A stretch of DNA of 64,000 nt from Elusimicrobiota bacterium (GCA_036574205.1 JAINCQ010000028.1:32001-96000); one strand, 5' to 3'; counted from the stretch's first letter, positions 21,019-31,957 are shown. A program made the numbers and translations. Notes: generated from the letters alone by a model not told the origin.

Positions 21019-21586
21019 TACTCCTATTGAAAATGTTAAATTTGTTATTGTTGATGTTGAAACTACCGGGCTTGATCCTGAAAATGACAGGATATGTGAG
21101 ATAGCAATTTCTGCGCTTTTAAATTTTAGAGAAGTAAATAGTTTTTCTACTTTAATAAATCCTGGTATTCCTATACCAAAAGAGATTTCAAGGATACATG
21201 GTATAACTGATGATGATGTTAGTAAAAGTCCTCATTTTTCCAATATAATTAATCGAGTCCTTGAGATGCTTTATGATGGGGTTTTTGTAGGACATAACGT
21301 GGATTTTGATTATGGATTTATAAATGCCGAGCTTGCCCGTTGGGGTTATACAATGCCAGATGTTTATAGAATTGATACTCTAAAGATTTCAAGAAAATTT
21401 TGCAACAATATCCCAAACAATAAACTTGAAACTGTTGCAAGATCCATAAATCTTTTTTCTGATGACTGGCATAGGGCGGAAAACGATGTGCAGATAACAA
21501 GAAAAATATTTGAGTATTTTCTCAGGATGTTTGTAAAAGAAAATCAAGTTATAATGCTTGGAGATCTTTTAAAAATAACAGGTTGA
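21002..21586 (+). CDS. DEDDh 3'-5' exonuclease (DnaQ-like)
   Basis: VDVETTG, VGHNVDFD, HRAEND. Confidence 0.9.
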   Translation: MKIGINTPIENVKFVIVDVETTGLDPENDRICEIAISALLNFREVNSFSTLINPGIPIPKEISRIHGITDDDVSKSPHFSNIINRVLEMLYDGVFVGHNVDFDYGFINAELARWGYTMPDVYRIDTLKISRKFCNNIPNNKLETVARSINLFSDDWHRAENDVQITRKIFEYFLRMFVKENQVIMLGDLLKITG

Positions 21587-21598
21587 AAAGGAGGAATA

Positions 21599-23131
21599 AT
21601 GTCTATTAAGATAGATGGAAGTTCTTTGAAGATTGAAGATGTAGTTAAGGTTGCAAGATACGGAGAAAAAGTTGAGTTGACCCCCGATGCGGTGGAAAGG
21701 ATAAAGAAATGCAGGGCGATGCTTGAAAAAAAGATTGAGAAAAATGAAATTATGTATGGTGTTAATACCGGAATAGGAGAGCTTGTAAATGTTGTTCTAA
21801 ATGAGGAACAGATAAAACAATTTCAGAAATATCTGGTATATAACCATGCAGCCGGAATAGGAGATCCATGTCCAATAGAGCATGTAAGAGCTGCTATGCT
21901 TAGCAGGATAAACGTTCATGCTAAAGGGCATTCTGGATGTAGAATTGAGATAACTCAGACATATGTTGATATGCTAAATAAAGGTGTGGTCCCGGTTGTA
22001 TGCGAGAAAGGTAGTGTTGGCGCCTGTGGAGATCTTGCTCCAATGAGTCAGATAGCTTTATCACTTCTTGGAGAAGGTGAGTGTTTTTATGAAGGCAAAA
22101 GGATGCCAACAAAAGATGCTATGGCTAAGGCTAATATCCCAATTCCAGGTCTTAAAGCAAGAGATGGTCTTGCTGCTATAAATGGTTCAAACCTTATAAC
22201 GGGGATAGGATGCCTTATTATATATGATGCTGAGAGATGGATAAAACAGGCTGAAATATGCGCCGCAATGACCCTTGAAGCTCTTATGGCTAATATGAAG
22301 CCATATGATAGAAGGCTTCATGAATTAAGAGGTTTTAAGGGAGCTATAACTTCTGCGGAAAATATAAAAAAGGTTATAGATGGTTCAGATCTTTTAAGTG
22401 GAAAGGTTAAAGTTAAGGTTCAAGACGCCTATTCTATGAGATCAACCCCTCAGGTTATAGGCGCTTTAAGAGATCATCTTAGCTGGACTAGGAAACAATT
22501 TGAAATAGAATTAAACGGCGTAGCCGATAATCCTATATTTTTGCCAGAATCAGATACTGTTTTAACAGGGGCAAACTTTCAGGGAACACCGATAAGCATG
22601 CCGCTTGATATGGTAGGAGCTGGCATAACAATGGTTTGTGTTTTAAGTGAAAGGAGGCTTAACAGATTGCTTAACCCGGCGTTAAGTGTTGGCCTTCCGG
22701 CTTTCTTGACAAAAGGGGCTGGAATGTTTTCAGGTCATATGTTAAGTCAGTATACAGCGGATATGATGATAGTTGAACAGAGAATATTAAGCGCGCCAGC
22801 CTGTATCCAGTCTATTCCAGCAGCAGCCGATCAGGAAGATTTTGTAAGTATGGGGATGAATACCGCTCTTAAAACCAAACAAATACTTGAAAACGCTTAT
22901 GGGGTGCTCGGAATAGAGTTTATAGCCGCAGCTCAAGCTCTTGATTTCAGAAACTTTGAATTTGGCAGAGGGACAAAAGCTGCGCATTCTGCTGTCAGAA
23001 AAGTTGTAAAACATCTGGATGAAGATAGGCCTTTATTTAATGACCATAATGCAATGAAACAAGCAGTTAAAGAATGTGGAGTGCTTGAAGCTGTTGAAAA
23101 TGAAATAGGGGAATTGAAAACTTCCTGGTAA
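21599..23131 (+). CDS. hutH: Histidine ammonia-lyase (MIO tripeptide ACG)
   Basis: [42 protein letters not shown]; adjacent to hutU. Confidence 0.85.
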   Translation: MSIKIDGSSLKIEDVVKVARYGEKVELTPDAVERIKKCRAMLEKKIEKNEIMYGVNTGIGELVNVVLNEEQIKQFQKYLVYNHAAGIGDPCPIEHVRAAMLSRINVHAKGHSGCRIEITQTYVDMLNKGVVPVVCEKGSVGACGDLAPMSQIALSLLGEGECFYEGKRMPTKDAMAKANIPIPGLKARDGLAAINGSNLITGIGCLIIYDAERWIKQAEICAAMTLEALMANMKPYDRRLHELRGFKGAITSAENIKKVIDGSDLLSGKVKVKVQDAYSMRSTPQVIGALRDHLSWTRKQFEIELNGVADNPIFLPESDTVLTGANFQGTPISMPLDMVGAGITMVCVLSERRLNRLLNPALSVGLPAFLTKGAGMFSGHMLSQYTADMMIVEQRILSAPACIQSIPAAADQEDFVSMGMNTALKTKQILENAYGVLGIEFIAAAQALDFRNFEFGRGTKAAHSAVRKVVKHLDEDRPLFNDHNAMKQAVKECGVLEAVENEIGELKTSW

Positions 23132-23151
23132 AAACAAAGGAGGAAGATAAT

Positions 23152-24792
23152 ATGAAAGTAAAAGCGCCAAGAGGAAATAAAATAACTTGTAAAGGTTGGG
23201 AACAGGAAGCTGCTATGCGGATGCTTATGAACAATTTGGATTCCGAAGTAGCTGAAAAACCTGAGGAACTAATAGTTTATGGTGGAAGAGGAAAAGCTGC
23301 AAGAAATTGGGATGCTTTTAAAGCTATAATTAAAAGCTTAAAAGAATTAAATGATGATGAAACACTACTTGTTCAATCAGGAAAACCGGTTGGCATAGCT
23401 AAAACACATGAATATGCTCCAAGGGTTTTAATAGCAAATTCCAATTTAGTTGGTAATTGGGCTAAATGGGAAGTTTTTAATGATCTTGAAAAAAAAGGTC
23501 TTATAATGTATGGTCAGATGACTGCGGGCTCCTGGATTTACATAGGCACTCAGGGTATATTACAGGGAACTTATGAGACTTTTGCGGCATGTGCCAGAAA
23601 ACATTTTAAATCTGATTTAACTGGCAAGCTTGTTGTAAGTGGTGGGCTTGGTGGAATGGGAGGGGCTCAGCCTCTTGCAATTACAATGAATAATGGAGTT
23701 GGAATTATTATAGAGGTTGATCCTCAAAGGATTCAAAAAAGGCTTAAAACTGGATATTTAGATACAATGACTGAAAGTTTAGATGAAGCTCTTGAAATAG
23801 CAAACAGATACATAAAAGAGAAAAAACCTATTTCAATTGGTCTTTTGGGAAATTGCGCTGAAATACTCCCACAGATGCTTAAAATGGGAGTAAAGATAGA
23901 TGTTTTAACTGATCAAACTTCAGCGCATGACCCGTTAAATGGCTATATTCCAAAAGGTTTAAGTTTAGAAGAAGCTAAAAAGTTAAGAGAAAAAGATCCG
24001 GATAGCTATATAAAAAAATCAATGGAGTCTATGGCAATACATGTTGAAGCAATGCTTGGATTTTTGAAAAATGGAACGATTGTTTTTGACTATGGAAATA
24101 ATATAAGGACGATGGCTTATAATCAGGGTGTTAAAAATGCTTATGATTTTCCCGGTTTTGTGCCAGCTTATATAAGAGATTTATTTTGTGAAGGTAAAGG
24201 ACCATTTAGATGGGTAGCTTTAAGTGGGGATCCGAAAGACATATACTTTACGGATAAACTTGCAATGGAAACATTTCCCAAAAATGAGACTATGATTAGA
24301 TGGATTAAGATGGCTTCAAAAAAGGTTCATTTTCAGGGCCTTCCAGCAAGAATATGCTGGCTTGGTTATGGAGAAAGGCATATTTTAGGGCTTAAGTTTA
24401 ATGAGATGGTTAAAAAAGGTAAGATATCCGCTCCTATTGTAATTGGAAGGGATCATTTAGATAGCGGATCTGTTGCAAGCCCTTTTAGAGAGACAGAATC
24501 TATGAAAGATGGCTCAGATGCAATAGCAGATTGGCCTATTTTAAATGCTTTGCTTAATACCGCAAGTGGTGCAAGCTGGGTTAGCTTTCATCACGGCGGT
24601 GGGGTTGGGATAGGATATTCTTTACATGCCGGTCAGGTTATAGTTTGTGATGGAAGCAAGAAAATGAGAGATAGGATTGAAAGGGTTTTAACAAATGATC
24701 CTCTTATGGGAGTTTTAAGGCATTATGATGCAGGATATGAGATAGCCAAAAAATTTGCTCAAAAAAATAAGATAAAAATTCCAATGAGATAG
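23152..24792 (+). CDS. hutU: Urocanate hydratase
   Basis: [46 protein letters not shown]. Confidence 0.98.
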   Translation: MKVKAPRGNKITCKGWEQEAAMRMLMNNLDSEVAEKPEELIVYGGRGKAARNWDAFKAIIKSLKELNDDETLLVQSGKPVGIAKTHEYAPRVLIANSNLVGNWAKWEVFNDLEKKGLIMYGQMTAGSWIYIGTQGILQGTYETFAACARKHFKSDLTGKLVVSGGLGGMGGAQPLAITMNNGVGIIIEVDPQRIQKRLKTGYLDTMTESLDEALEIANRYIKEKKPISIGLLGNCAEILPQMLKMGVKIDVLTDQTSAHDPLNGYIPKGLSLEEAKKLREKDPDSYIKKSMESMAIHVEAMLGFLKNGTIVFDYGNNIRTMAYNQGVKNAYDFPGFVPAYIRDLFCEGKGPFRWVALSGDPKDIYFTDKLAMETFPKNETMIRWIKMASKKVHFQGLPARICWLGYGERHILGLKFNEMVKKGKISAPIVIGRDHLDSGSVASPFRETESMKDGSDAIADWPILNALLNTASGASWVSFHHGGGVGIGYSLHAGQVIVCDGSKKMRDRIERVLTNDPLMGVLRHYDAGYEIAKKFAQKNKIKIPMR

Positions 24793-24850
24793 CATATAAC
24801 TGCTAGTATTATTGTTATCATCCTCCTCCGGTTAGGATGAACCCAAAGAT

Positions 24851-24868
24851 AACCTACGAGGTTGAAAA
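24851..24868 (+). repeat. 18-bp direct repeat AACCTACGAGGTTGAAAA, left boundary of island
   Basis: Identical to 27412..27429; palindromic core AACCT-ACG-AGGTT. Confidence 0.75.
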
Positions 24869-24911
24869 TAACTTTAAAACATAAATCTTCATCTTATTAT
24901 CCTCCACTTAA

Positions 24912-25042
24912 AAAAATGATGGTATAAAAAACCTATTTAATTATAGGACTAAGGTTATTGAAAAATGAAATATTTTGAGGTAATTTATAAGTGGTTTAAG
25001 GTGAATATTATAAGGAGATGTTGAAAAGTAGATGTATTAACA
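24912..25042 (+). repeat. About 130-bp duplicated promoter/leader, copy 1
   Basis: Highly similar to 26356..26480 (shared ACCTATTTAATTATAGGACTAAGGTTATTGAAAAAT...GTGGTTTAAGGTGAATAT...GATGTATTAACA). Confidence 0.9.
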
Positions 25043-25086
25043 GACTGAGAAAAAAATAAAATCACACAATATAAATCAAGGAGAAA

Positions 25087-25793
25087 ATGGTAAAATAGTA
25101 GTAGTGGTGTTAATGGCAGTGTTAATGTTCTCTTATACAAATGCAGAAGAGACTAAAATGGACTTTGATGGGAAAGTTCAAAGAACTGAGAGTATTATTG
25201 AAACTATAAAAGCAAACATTGATAATGCTAATGCTCTTAATGTTTCCCTGCCGAAACCAGAACCTGAGGTAGTGAATAATACTGATAAAATGGAAGAAAG
25301 GAATCTTGATTATTCAATTAAAACAGCTATAGAATACTGTAAAAAACAAAATTTCAGTATTCTTGAAAATAACTTTAGAAACTTGCTTATCCATGGGACA
25401 AGGGAAGAAAAATATGAATTCGTTTATAATGCTGGAAAGACTTATGTTTTCCCTCTCAGGATTAGAAGAATGTCTTTGTTTGATAATAAAAGTACCCAAT
25501 ATAACATTCAACAGTTATCTAAAACGAGATTATATACATGTATCGCATCTCATATTGAAGAGGAATGTATAAACCGTCCGGTTTGTAGAATTGTTTGTAC
25601 CGCTGCATCTACTTTTGCGGGAAGTGTAGCTGGCGGACACACTGGGGCAGCGGTTGCTATTGGTGTTTCCGGACAAATATGCCAAGAATTATGCGAACTA
25701 ATTCCTGAATGCAGCTTAATAACAGTTTGCGATAAATAGCAAGACGATCCGATTAATATTGGGATGCAAGATCAAAATGGAAATTGGTATTAA
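25087..25793 (+). pseudogene. Secreted Cys-ladder/Gly-zipper protein (putative toxin), probably inactivated
   Basis: RBS and ATG at 25087 are one base out of frame with ORF 25104..25739; repair gives a clean signal peptide; after TAG 25737 the frame stays open 17 codons to TAA 25791, 16 nt before the next ATG. Confidence 0.55.
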
Positions 25794-25809
25794 TGCAAGG
25801 AGAAATAAA

Positions 25810-26262
25810 ATGAGCAAAGAAACAAAAGCTATGATTTATATTACTTCGGTGGTAAGTATTTGCTTTGTGAGTATAGAATATCTGAATGGCTTAAGTTTTT
25901 TTAGACAACTTACGCCTGTTTTGAGAATTTTTATAGCAGGTATAATTGGTGGGGTTGTTGGTTTAGTATTTACAAGCATAGCGTATTTGTGTGATAAATA
26001 TATTAAAAGTGAAAAGGGAGGTCCTCCAATATCCTTCTGGAAATATATTCTAATCTTTTCTCAACCTCAAAAGGGAAAATTAAGACGCGCAATAACAGCA
26101 GGGTTTGTTGCGTCTTGTATAATCTTACTCCATGAGTTAGGGTATTTTGTTCATCTAAATCTGGTTGCAAGATTTTTTATTGGTGTAGTTTTGGGTGTGA
26201 GTATTGGTTTATTGGTTGAGTATGTAGCTAAAATTGTACCTAAACAAAAGACTATTACATAG
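25810..26262 (+). CDS. 4-TM membrane protein with internal duplication (putative immunity protein)
   Basis: AAGGAG RBS; halves SFFRQLTPVLRIFIAGIIGGVVGLV and GYFVHLNLVARFFIGVVLGVSIGLL resemble each other. Confidence 0.6.
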   Translation: MSKETKAMIYITSVVSICFVSIEYLNGLSFFRQLTPVLRIFIAGIIGGVVGLVFTSIAYLCDKYIKSEKGGPPISFWKYILIFSQPQKGKLRRAITAGFVASCIILLHELGYFVHLNLVARFFIGVVLGVSIGLLVEYVAKIVPKQKTIT

Positions 26263-26355
26263 TTTCTGCTCAAGAACTTATAGAAATTATTGTGCCAACT
26301 ATAAATTAAAGCCAAAAAAGTTTTTTCTTGGCAAATTAAATTAACTATTATGTAG

Positions 26356-26480
26356 AAAAATGATGGCATAAAAGACCTATTTAATTATAGGACTAAGGTT
26401 ATTGAAAAATAAAATATTTTGAGGTAATTTACAAGTGGTTTAAGGTGAATATAAGGAGATGAAAAGTGGATGTATTAACA
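26356..26480 (+). repeat. About 125-bp duplicated promoter/leader, copy 2
   Basis: Direct repeat of 24912..25042. Confidence 0.9.
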
Positions 26481-26509
26481 CTATTTGCCAATAATTGGAA
26501 AGAGGGATT

Positions 26510-26758
26510 ATGAATATCATAAAGGTTGTGAGTATCCTAAAAAAGATAAATAATGATAAAGAATTTAATAATTCTTTTGTCCGTATGACGGGCATATTTG
26601 TCGGGATAATGCTTATAAATCACTATTTAAAGATATTTGATAAATATAGTGGTTTTATCGCAGTTTTCATGGCAGTAATTGTTAGCTGTGTATCTTATAG
26701 TTTATGGATATTTATTATTGGAGGTTTATATAAATTGTATAAGCGGCTTAAAGCATAA
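26510..26758 (+). CDS. Small 2-TM membrane protein
   Basis: GAGGG RBS, ATG, two hydrophobic helices, basic C-terminus. Confidence 0.55.
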   Translation: MNIIKVVSILKKINNDKEFNNSFVRMTGIFVGIMLINHYLKIFDKYSGFIAVFMAVIVSCVSYSLWIFIIGGLYKLYKRLKA

Positions 26759-26906
26759 AAGATTTTCCTATACTGGTCAAAACCTGTTATATTTTAAAAA
26801 TGTTAGTAGAAATTAGTAATTTTCTTACCAGCTATAGATGCTTTTTTAGGTAAACATATACAAAAAATGTATTTTTCTAAATAGAATATTCCAAAGGGGG
26901 TTTTTT

Positions 26907-27101
26907 ATGATAAAAAGGATATTTGAAAATACGGCTTTTTGGTTATGTCTTGTTGGAATAATAATAGCCCGTATTATTCATAAAAAATATGGTAATTCTA
27001 TCCCAGAATATATTGATTTTTTGGTTACTTCTTTGTTACCATCATTTGGTATATTGATAGGTATTTATATTGAGAAGAAACGACGCAAGCAAATAACTTG
27101 A
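26907..27101 (+). CDS. Small 2-TM membrane protein
   Basis: AAGGGGG RBS, 64 aa, two hydrophobic helices, basic tail KKRRK. Confidence 0.55.
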   Translation: MIKRIFENTAFWLCLVGIIIARIIHKKYGNSIPEYIDFLVTSLLPSFGILIGIYIEKKRRKQIT

Positions 27102-27144
27102 AACATCAAATTTAGTAAACAATAATTTATATTTTGCTTTCAAA

Positions 27145-27265
27145 AACATCCACTAATTTTACACGATCGTAGTTAAACTGTGGATAATAATTTATTAGAA
27201 ATTCTATAACTTTCTTCTGACTAACATCCACTCATTTTACACGGCCGTGTATAAACTGTGGATGA
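27145..27265 (+). repeat. Two tandem copies of the 43-bp DnaA-box palindrome
   Basis: AACATCCACTAATTTTACACGATCGTAGTTAAACTGTGGATAA (27145..27187) and AACATCCACTCATTTTACACGGCCGTGTATAAACTGTGGATGA (27223..27265). Confidence 0.9.
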
Positions 27266-27411
27266 TAGTTTAGTATAAAAAAAATTTCTACTACTGTAAT
27301 TGATTATATATATGTTATGATATTGATAAGCGACATAAATGATTAAATCCGAAAAACGCCAATGGGATATTTTTTAAATCAGAAATTTCAAAATCATGAC
27401 AATCTTTAGAC

Positions 27412-27429
27412 AACCTACGAGGTTGAAAA
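27412..27429 (+). repeat. 18-bp direct repeat AACCTACGAGGTTGAAAA, right boundary of island
   Basis: Identical to 24851..24868. Confidence 0.75.
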
Positions 27430-27572
27430 AGGTTAGAAATTAAATATGATTATTTTTAATGCGACTGCTTTTTCAATCAATAGTATAAAGTAAAAAAACA
27501 GAGTTTCGCTTAGATTGGTTTCGATCTGAATCATTGTTTTTTTATTGTTTTTCAATCTTATATAATATATTT

Positions 27573-30125
27573 ATGTCAACTTCTAAAACAATAAACGATA
27601 TAGACACTCCATTAATGAATCAGTATAAAGAAATAAAAGCTCAATATGAGGATTCTATATTGTTTTTCAGGTTAGGTGATTTTTATGAGATGTTTGATGA
27701 GGATGCCAAAACTGCTTCAAGAATACTTGGTTTGGTGCTTACCAAAAGACATGGTGTGCCAATGTGCGGGGTGCCATACCATTCTGCCATTAATTATATC
27801 TCAAAGCTTATTAATAATGGTTTTAAGGTTGCAATATGCGAGCAGATAGGGGAGGATGACAAAAAGTCAAATCTTTTTAAACGAAAGGTTGTAAGGGTAA
27901 TAACCCCCGGCACTGTAATAGAAGACAATCTCCTCAACGCCAAATCAACAAATTATCTTGCGGCTGTTATAGTTGATATGGTTGGCTGGGGTATGAGCTG
28001 GATTGATGTATCCACAGGGGAGTTTTATTCTATTAATAAACTTGATGATGCATATTTTAGTGATTTTCTTTCCTTAATATCAAGGGTTTCTCCCAGAGAA
28101 ATAGTCAGCGATTCAAATACTTTGAGATATATTGAACAAAACAGGATTAATATTTTTAAAGATAAAGTATCTGTTTTAAATCCAGATTATAATTTAGATT
28201 ATCCCTGGATAAAAGAGTCTATATGGCAAAATAATAAATTGGCGCTGAAATCCGCTTTGCTTGCCCTTTCTTATATAAAATCCGTTCAACCCGAAATGAC
28301 ATCCTCTCCTAAACCGCTTTATTTTGATGACTCAAACAATTTAAAGCTTGATGAAACTGCTATAAAAACACTTGAGCTTATAGAGCCTGATTATGAGGGG
28401 GGGCATTCTCTTTTTGACGTCATAGATTATTCAAAAACCTCTATGGGTTCAAGATTAATTAAGAAATGGATCTTAAACCCGCTTTCAGATTATTATACGC
28501 TTAAATCAAGACTTGATGCTGTGGAATATTTTTATAATAATGAAGAAAAGGTTGAGGCTTTATGGAAGGTGATTTCAGAAATTCCTGATATAGAAAGGAT
28601 TTGTGGTAGAATTCTAAACACAAGCATAACGCCTCAAGATGCTGTTGCTATAAAAAATGCGATTAAAAAACTTGATTTAATAGCAGATTATCTTAAAGAA
28701 GGCGATTTTATTTCTTATATTCCGGATGTTGTCAGAAGGGTTGACGCAATAAGAGATCTTAATAATCTTGGACAGTTGTTAGAAAAAGCTATTGATGAAA
28801 ACTCATCTCTTAAAGCAGGGGAAGGAGATCTTTTTAAAAGCGGATATAATTTAGACTATGATGAGCTAAAAAAACTCATTGATGACTCTCAAAGTATTAT
28901 AAAAAATCTTGAATTAGCCGAGAGAGAAAAGACAGGGATTAACTCGCTTAAAATTGGATACAATTCTAATTTTGGATATTTTATAGAAGTTACCAAAACT
29001 CATATTTCCAAAATCCCATCTCATTACATAAGGAAACAGACGTTAGTTGCTTCAGAAAGGTTTATAACGGATGAGTTAAAAAGACTTGAAGAAAAGATTT
29101 TAAGCGCAAGCGAAAAAATAAAGAAACTTGAGCTTTCTCTCTTTATGGAGATAAAGAAAGAGGTTTTGAAGTATATTTCAAAAATAAGCGCTTTTGCTTT
29201 TGTTATTGCATATGTAGACGCTTATGCTGCGTTAGCTGAGGCGGCAAGGAAAAACGATTATGTAAAACCTGAGATAGTCAATGAAGATGTAATAGAAATT
29301 GAAGATGGTCGTCATCCTGTTGTGGAAAAATTTTTAAGCTCTTCTTCTTCTTTTGTGCCTAATGATCTTACATTTAATGAGAAAATAAGGTCTATAATTA
29401 TAACAGGACCTAATATGAGCGGAAAAAGCGTTTACTTAAGACAAAACGCTTTGATAGTTATAATGGCTCAGATGGGTTCTTTTGTTCCGGCTTCTAAAGC
29501 CAGAATAGGGATTGTTGACAGGATAATGACCAGAATAGGCGCTCATGATAAGCTTGTCAGAGGCGAGTCTACTTTTATGGTTGAAATGAAGGAGACAAGT
29601 AACATATTAAAGCTTGCAACAAGAAAAAGCCTGATACTTTTAGATGAAATTGGAAGGGGAACTTCAACATTTGACGGGATTTCTATAGCATATGCGGTAC
29701 TTGAATATATACATAAAAATATAGGAGCCAAAGTTCTTTTTGCCACTCATTTTTTTGAGATAACTGAGTTGGCAAATAAATATGAGGGAATCAGAAATCT
29801 TAATATATCGGTTAAAGAGTGGGTAAACTCAAAAGGTAAAACCGAAATATCTTTTCTTCATAAAGTTGTGGAAGGCGCAGCTGACAGATCTTATGGTGTT
29901 CATGTTGCACAGATTGCAGGACTTCCAGAACAATGTATCAAACGAGCAAGGGAGATATTAAAAGAACTTGAAAGCAGGGAAATAGACTTACATGCAAAGT
30001 CTGAAATGCTTCCACTTTTTTCATCAAATCCTTTAATTGATAAAATCAAACTAATAGACATAGACAAAATCACACCTATAGAGGCTCTTAATATACTTTC
30101 TGAATTAAAGAAAGAAATAGAATAA
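27573..30125 (+). CDS. mutS: DNA mismatch repair protein MutS
   Basis: TPLMNQY, FRLGDFYEMF, ITGPNMSGKS, GESTFMVEM, LLDEIGRGTST, SYGVHVA. Confidence 0.98.
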   Translation: MSTSKTINDIDTPLMNQYKEIKAQYEDSILFFRLGDFYEMFDEDAKTASRILGLVLTKRHGVPMCGVPYHSAINYISKLINNGFKVAICEQIGEDDKKSNLFKRKVVRVITPGTVIEDNLLNAKSTNYLAAVIVDMVGWGMSWIDVSTGEFYSINKLDDAYFSDFLSLISRVSPREIVSDSNTLRYIEQNRINIFKDKVSVLNPDYNLDYPWIKESIWQNNKLALKSALLALSYIKSVQPEMTSSPKPLYFDDSNNLKLDETAIKTLELIEPDYEGGHSLFDVIDYSKTSMGSRLIKKWILNPLSDYYTLKSRLDAVEYFYNNEEKVEALWKVISEIPDIERICGRILNTSITPQDAVAIKNAIKKLDLIADYLKEGDFISYIPDVVRRVDAIRDLNNLGQLLEKAIDENSSLKAGEGDLFKSGYNLDYDELKKLIDDSQSIIKNLELAEREKTGINSLKIGYNSNFGYFIEVTKTHISKIPSHYIRKQTLVASERFITDELKRLEEKILSASEKIKKLELSLFMEIKKEVLKYISKISAFAFVIAYVDAYAALAEAARKNDYVKPEIVNEDVIEIEDGRHPVVEKFLSSSSSFVPNDLTFNEKIRSIIITGPNMSGKSVYLRQNALIVIMAQMGSFVPASKARIGIVDRIMTRIGAHDKLVRGESTFMVEMKETSNILKLATRKSLILLDEIGRGTSTFDGISIAYAVLEYIHKNIGAKVLFATHFFEITELANKYEGIRNLNISVKEWVNSKGKTEISFLHKVVEGAADRSYGVHVAQIAGLPEQCIKRAREILKELESREIDLHAKSEMLPLFSSNPLIDKIKLIDIDKITPIEALNILSELKKEIE

Positions 30126-30186
30126 AATTTTTAAAAACTTATAGATATTGTGTCTTTAGTCCTATTGCCAATATAGGCTTTAAGCC

Positions 30187-30215
30187 TTGACATGTCAACA
30201 ATTATCTGTTAGTAT
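30187..30215 (+). promoter_or_regulatory. Sigma70 promoter of the clostripain-like gene
   Basis: TTGACA-17 bp-TAGTAT with extended -10 TG; -35 lies within the palindrome TTGACATGTCAA. Confidence 0.65.
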
Positions 30216-30231
30216 TAATTTAGGAGGCGTT

Positions 30232-31665
30232 ATGAAATTATTAAAGATTTTCTTAGCGGTTTTAATAACAACGAATTTAAATTTAGTTTCACAGGATTTT
30301 AAGGGGATTACCTCAAAGGAGATAAAAAATGTAGATGTCCCAATGCCCAATAAAGGGTTTGTGACAGATGTGGTTAACGCGGCAGGGCAGGTAATAGAAG
30401 AAGCAGGAAATATAATAAAAGATTATGCAATTGTAAATCCAGTTAGAGATTTGACGATAATGGTTTTTATAAACGCTAAAAATGATCTTGAATCTGCGGG
30501 ACTTTATAATGTAAATGATATGGAAAGAATTGGCTCAAATGATAAGCTTAATATTATAGTTGAGCTAGGCAGAATGAATGGGCAAAGCGGAGATACACAG
30601 GATGATGGAAATTGGATAGGCGTTAGAAGACTTCTTATTAAAAAGGATAATGATACAAAAAAAATAACATCCCCGATTTTATATTCCAAAACTGGAGCAA
30701 ATGTTTATGATATGGGGGATTATAAAAAGGTTATAGATTTTGTTAAATGGACAAAGAAAAAATTTCCTGCAAAAAGATATATGCTAATTTTATGGGATCA
30801 TGGCACGGGATGGCTTGATCCAAAGAAAAAAGAAGAAGCGGCAAATAAAGGAATTTCTTTTGACGATGAAACTGGAAACTATATAGCTACTGAGGAAATA
30901 GGAAAGATAGTCAAAGAAGTTGGTGGGGTGGATATACTTGCCTTTGATGCATGTCTTATGCAGATGGCAGAGGTGCTTACTGAGGTGAAAGATAATACAA
31001 AGGTTGTTATAGGTTCTGAAGAGGTTGTGCCTGGATATGGCTATCCATATGGATTGTTTCTTGATGTAATTTCAAAAAATCCAAATATGTCTAATGAGGA
31101 TATTGCAAAAGTTGTAATCGAAGCCTTTAAGGTTTTTTACGCGTATGTAAAACAACCTGCCATGCTCAGTGCGGTTAGATCAAATAAAATTTCTCGCTTA
31201 AACAATCTTATGTTTGAGTTTGCTAAAGCGGCTATGGCTGGTGATGAGATAGAAGCATTAAAAAAAGCAAGACAGGAAATAATAAGGTTTGATATACTTG
31301 GAGAAGACACCGATCCTGATAAGAATATATCTTTTTTTGGAGATATATATCAGTTTGCTGATATAGTATCCAGAAATATATCAAAAACTGATGATAAGTC
31401 AATAGAGCTTAAAGCAAAAGCTGAAGCACTTAAGAACTTTATAGTAAGAGAGTTAGTAATCTCAAGAGCTTCTTATGGCAATGAGAGAACTGGAAAATCT
31501 CTTGATATGGCATATGGGGTAAGTGCTTATTTTCCTCCAGTTCTTACTCAAATAACATCTGATAAGATAGATGGAATATTAAGGCAACCTTATAGAAATT
31601 TTAAGTTTGCAAAGGAAAGTGGCTGGGGTGATTTTGTAAAATTTCTATACGAGAAAGCAAAATAA
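30232..31665 (+). CDS. Secreted clostripain-family (C11) cysteine peptidase
   Basis: AGGAGG RBS, signal peptide, LILWDHGTGW (His), AFDACLM (Cys), GSEE. Confidence 0.88.
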   Translation: MKLLKIFLAVLITTNLNLVSQDFKGITSKEIKNVDVPMPNKGFVTDVVNAAGQVIEEAGNIIKDYAIVNPVRDLTIMVFINAKNDLESAGLYNVNDMERIGSNDKLNIIVELGRMNGQSGDTQDDGNWIGVRRLLIKKDNDTKKITSPILYSKTGANVYDMGDYKKVIDFVKWTKKKFPAKRYMLILWDHGTGWLDPKKKEEAANKGISFDDETGNYIATEEIGKIVKEVGGVDILAFDACLMQMAEVLTEVKDNTKVVIGSEEVVPGYGYPYGLFLDVISKNPNMSNEDIAKVVIEAFKVFYAYVKQPAMLSAVRSNKISRLNNLMFEFAKAAMAGDEIEALKKARQEIIRFDILGEDTDPDKNISFFGDIYQFADIVSRNISKTDDKSIELKAKAEALKNFIVRELVISRASYGNERTGKSLDMAYGVSAYFPPVLTQITSDKIDGILRQPYRNFKFAKESGWGDFVKFLYEKAK

Positions 31666-31855
31666 TTTTAAATTCGGTTTTGTATTTTGCTGATATGTGA
31701 GGGTTGGGAATTAATAATTTGAAGTGAAATTATTTAGTTGAAAAAAATATGTTTATTTATTTTATATAATAAGCTTATAGTAGTAAAATATTGTGTTTAA
31801 ATTTGTGCTAATATATATTCAATAAAATTATCTAGGGTATGAATGAAAAACAGAT

Positions 31856-31957
31856 ATGAGTAAATATAAGTGGAGCAAGTTGAAATTATTACAATTAGGA
31901 AAATATGCTGAGTACTTTGTAAAAATGGAATTTACTCTTTATTGTTTAAATTTGTGA
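31856..31957 (+). pseudogene. N-terminal remnant of a probable PD-(D/E)XK nuclease-like gene
   Basis: 33-codon ORF MSKYKWSKLKLLQLGKYAEYFVKMEFTLY resembles the G.xAE helix preceding the nuclease core; then truncated. Confidence 0.4.

Noticed and set aside
17571..21586. Cyclase, membrane protein, macrodomain and exonuclease as a Pycsar/Thoeris-like defence system
   Set aside because: The cyclase is a CHASE2 receptor type with ATP-specifying K/T residues; the macro and DEDDh genes are ordinary housekeeping types separated by an intergenic gap.
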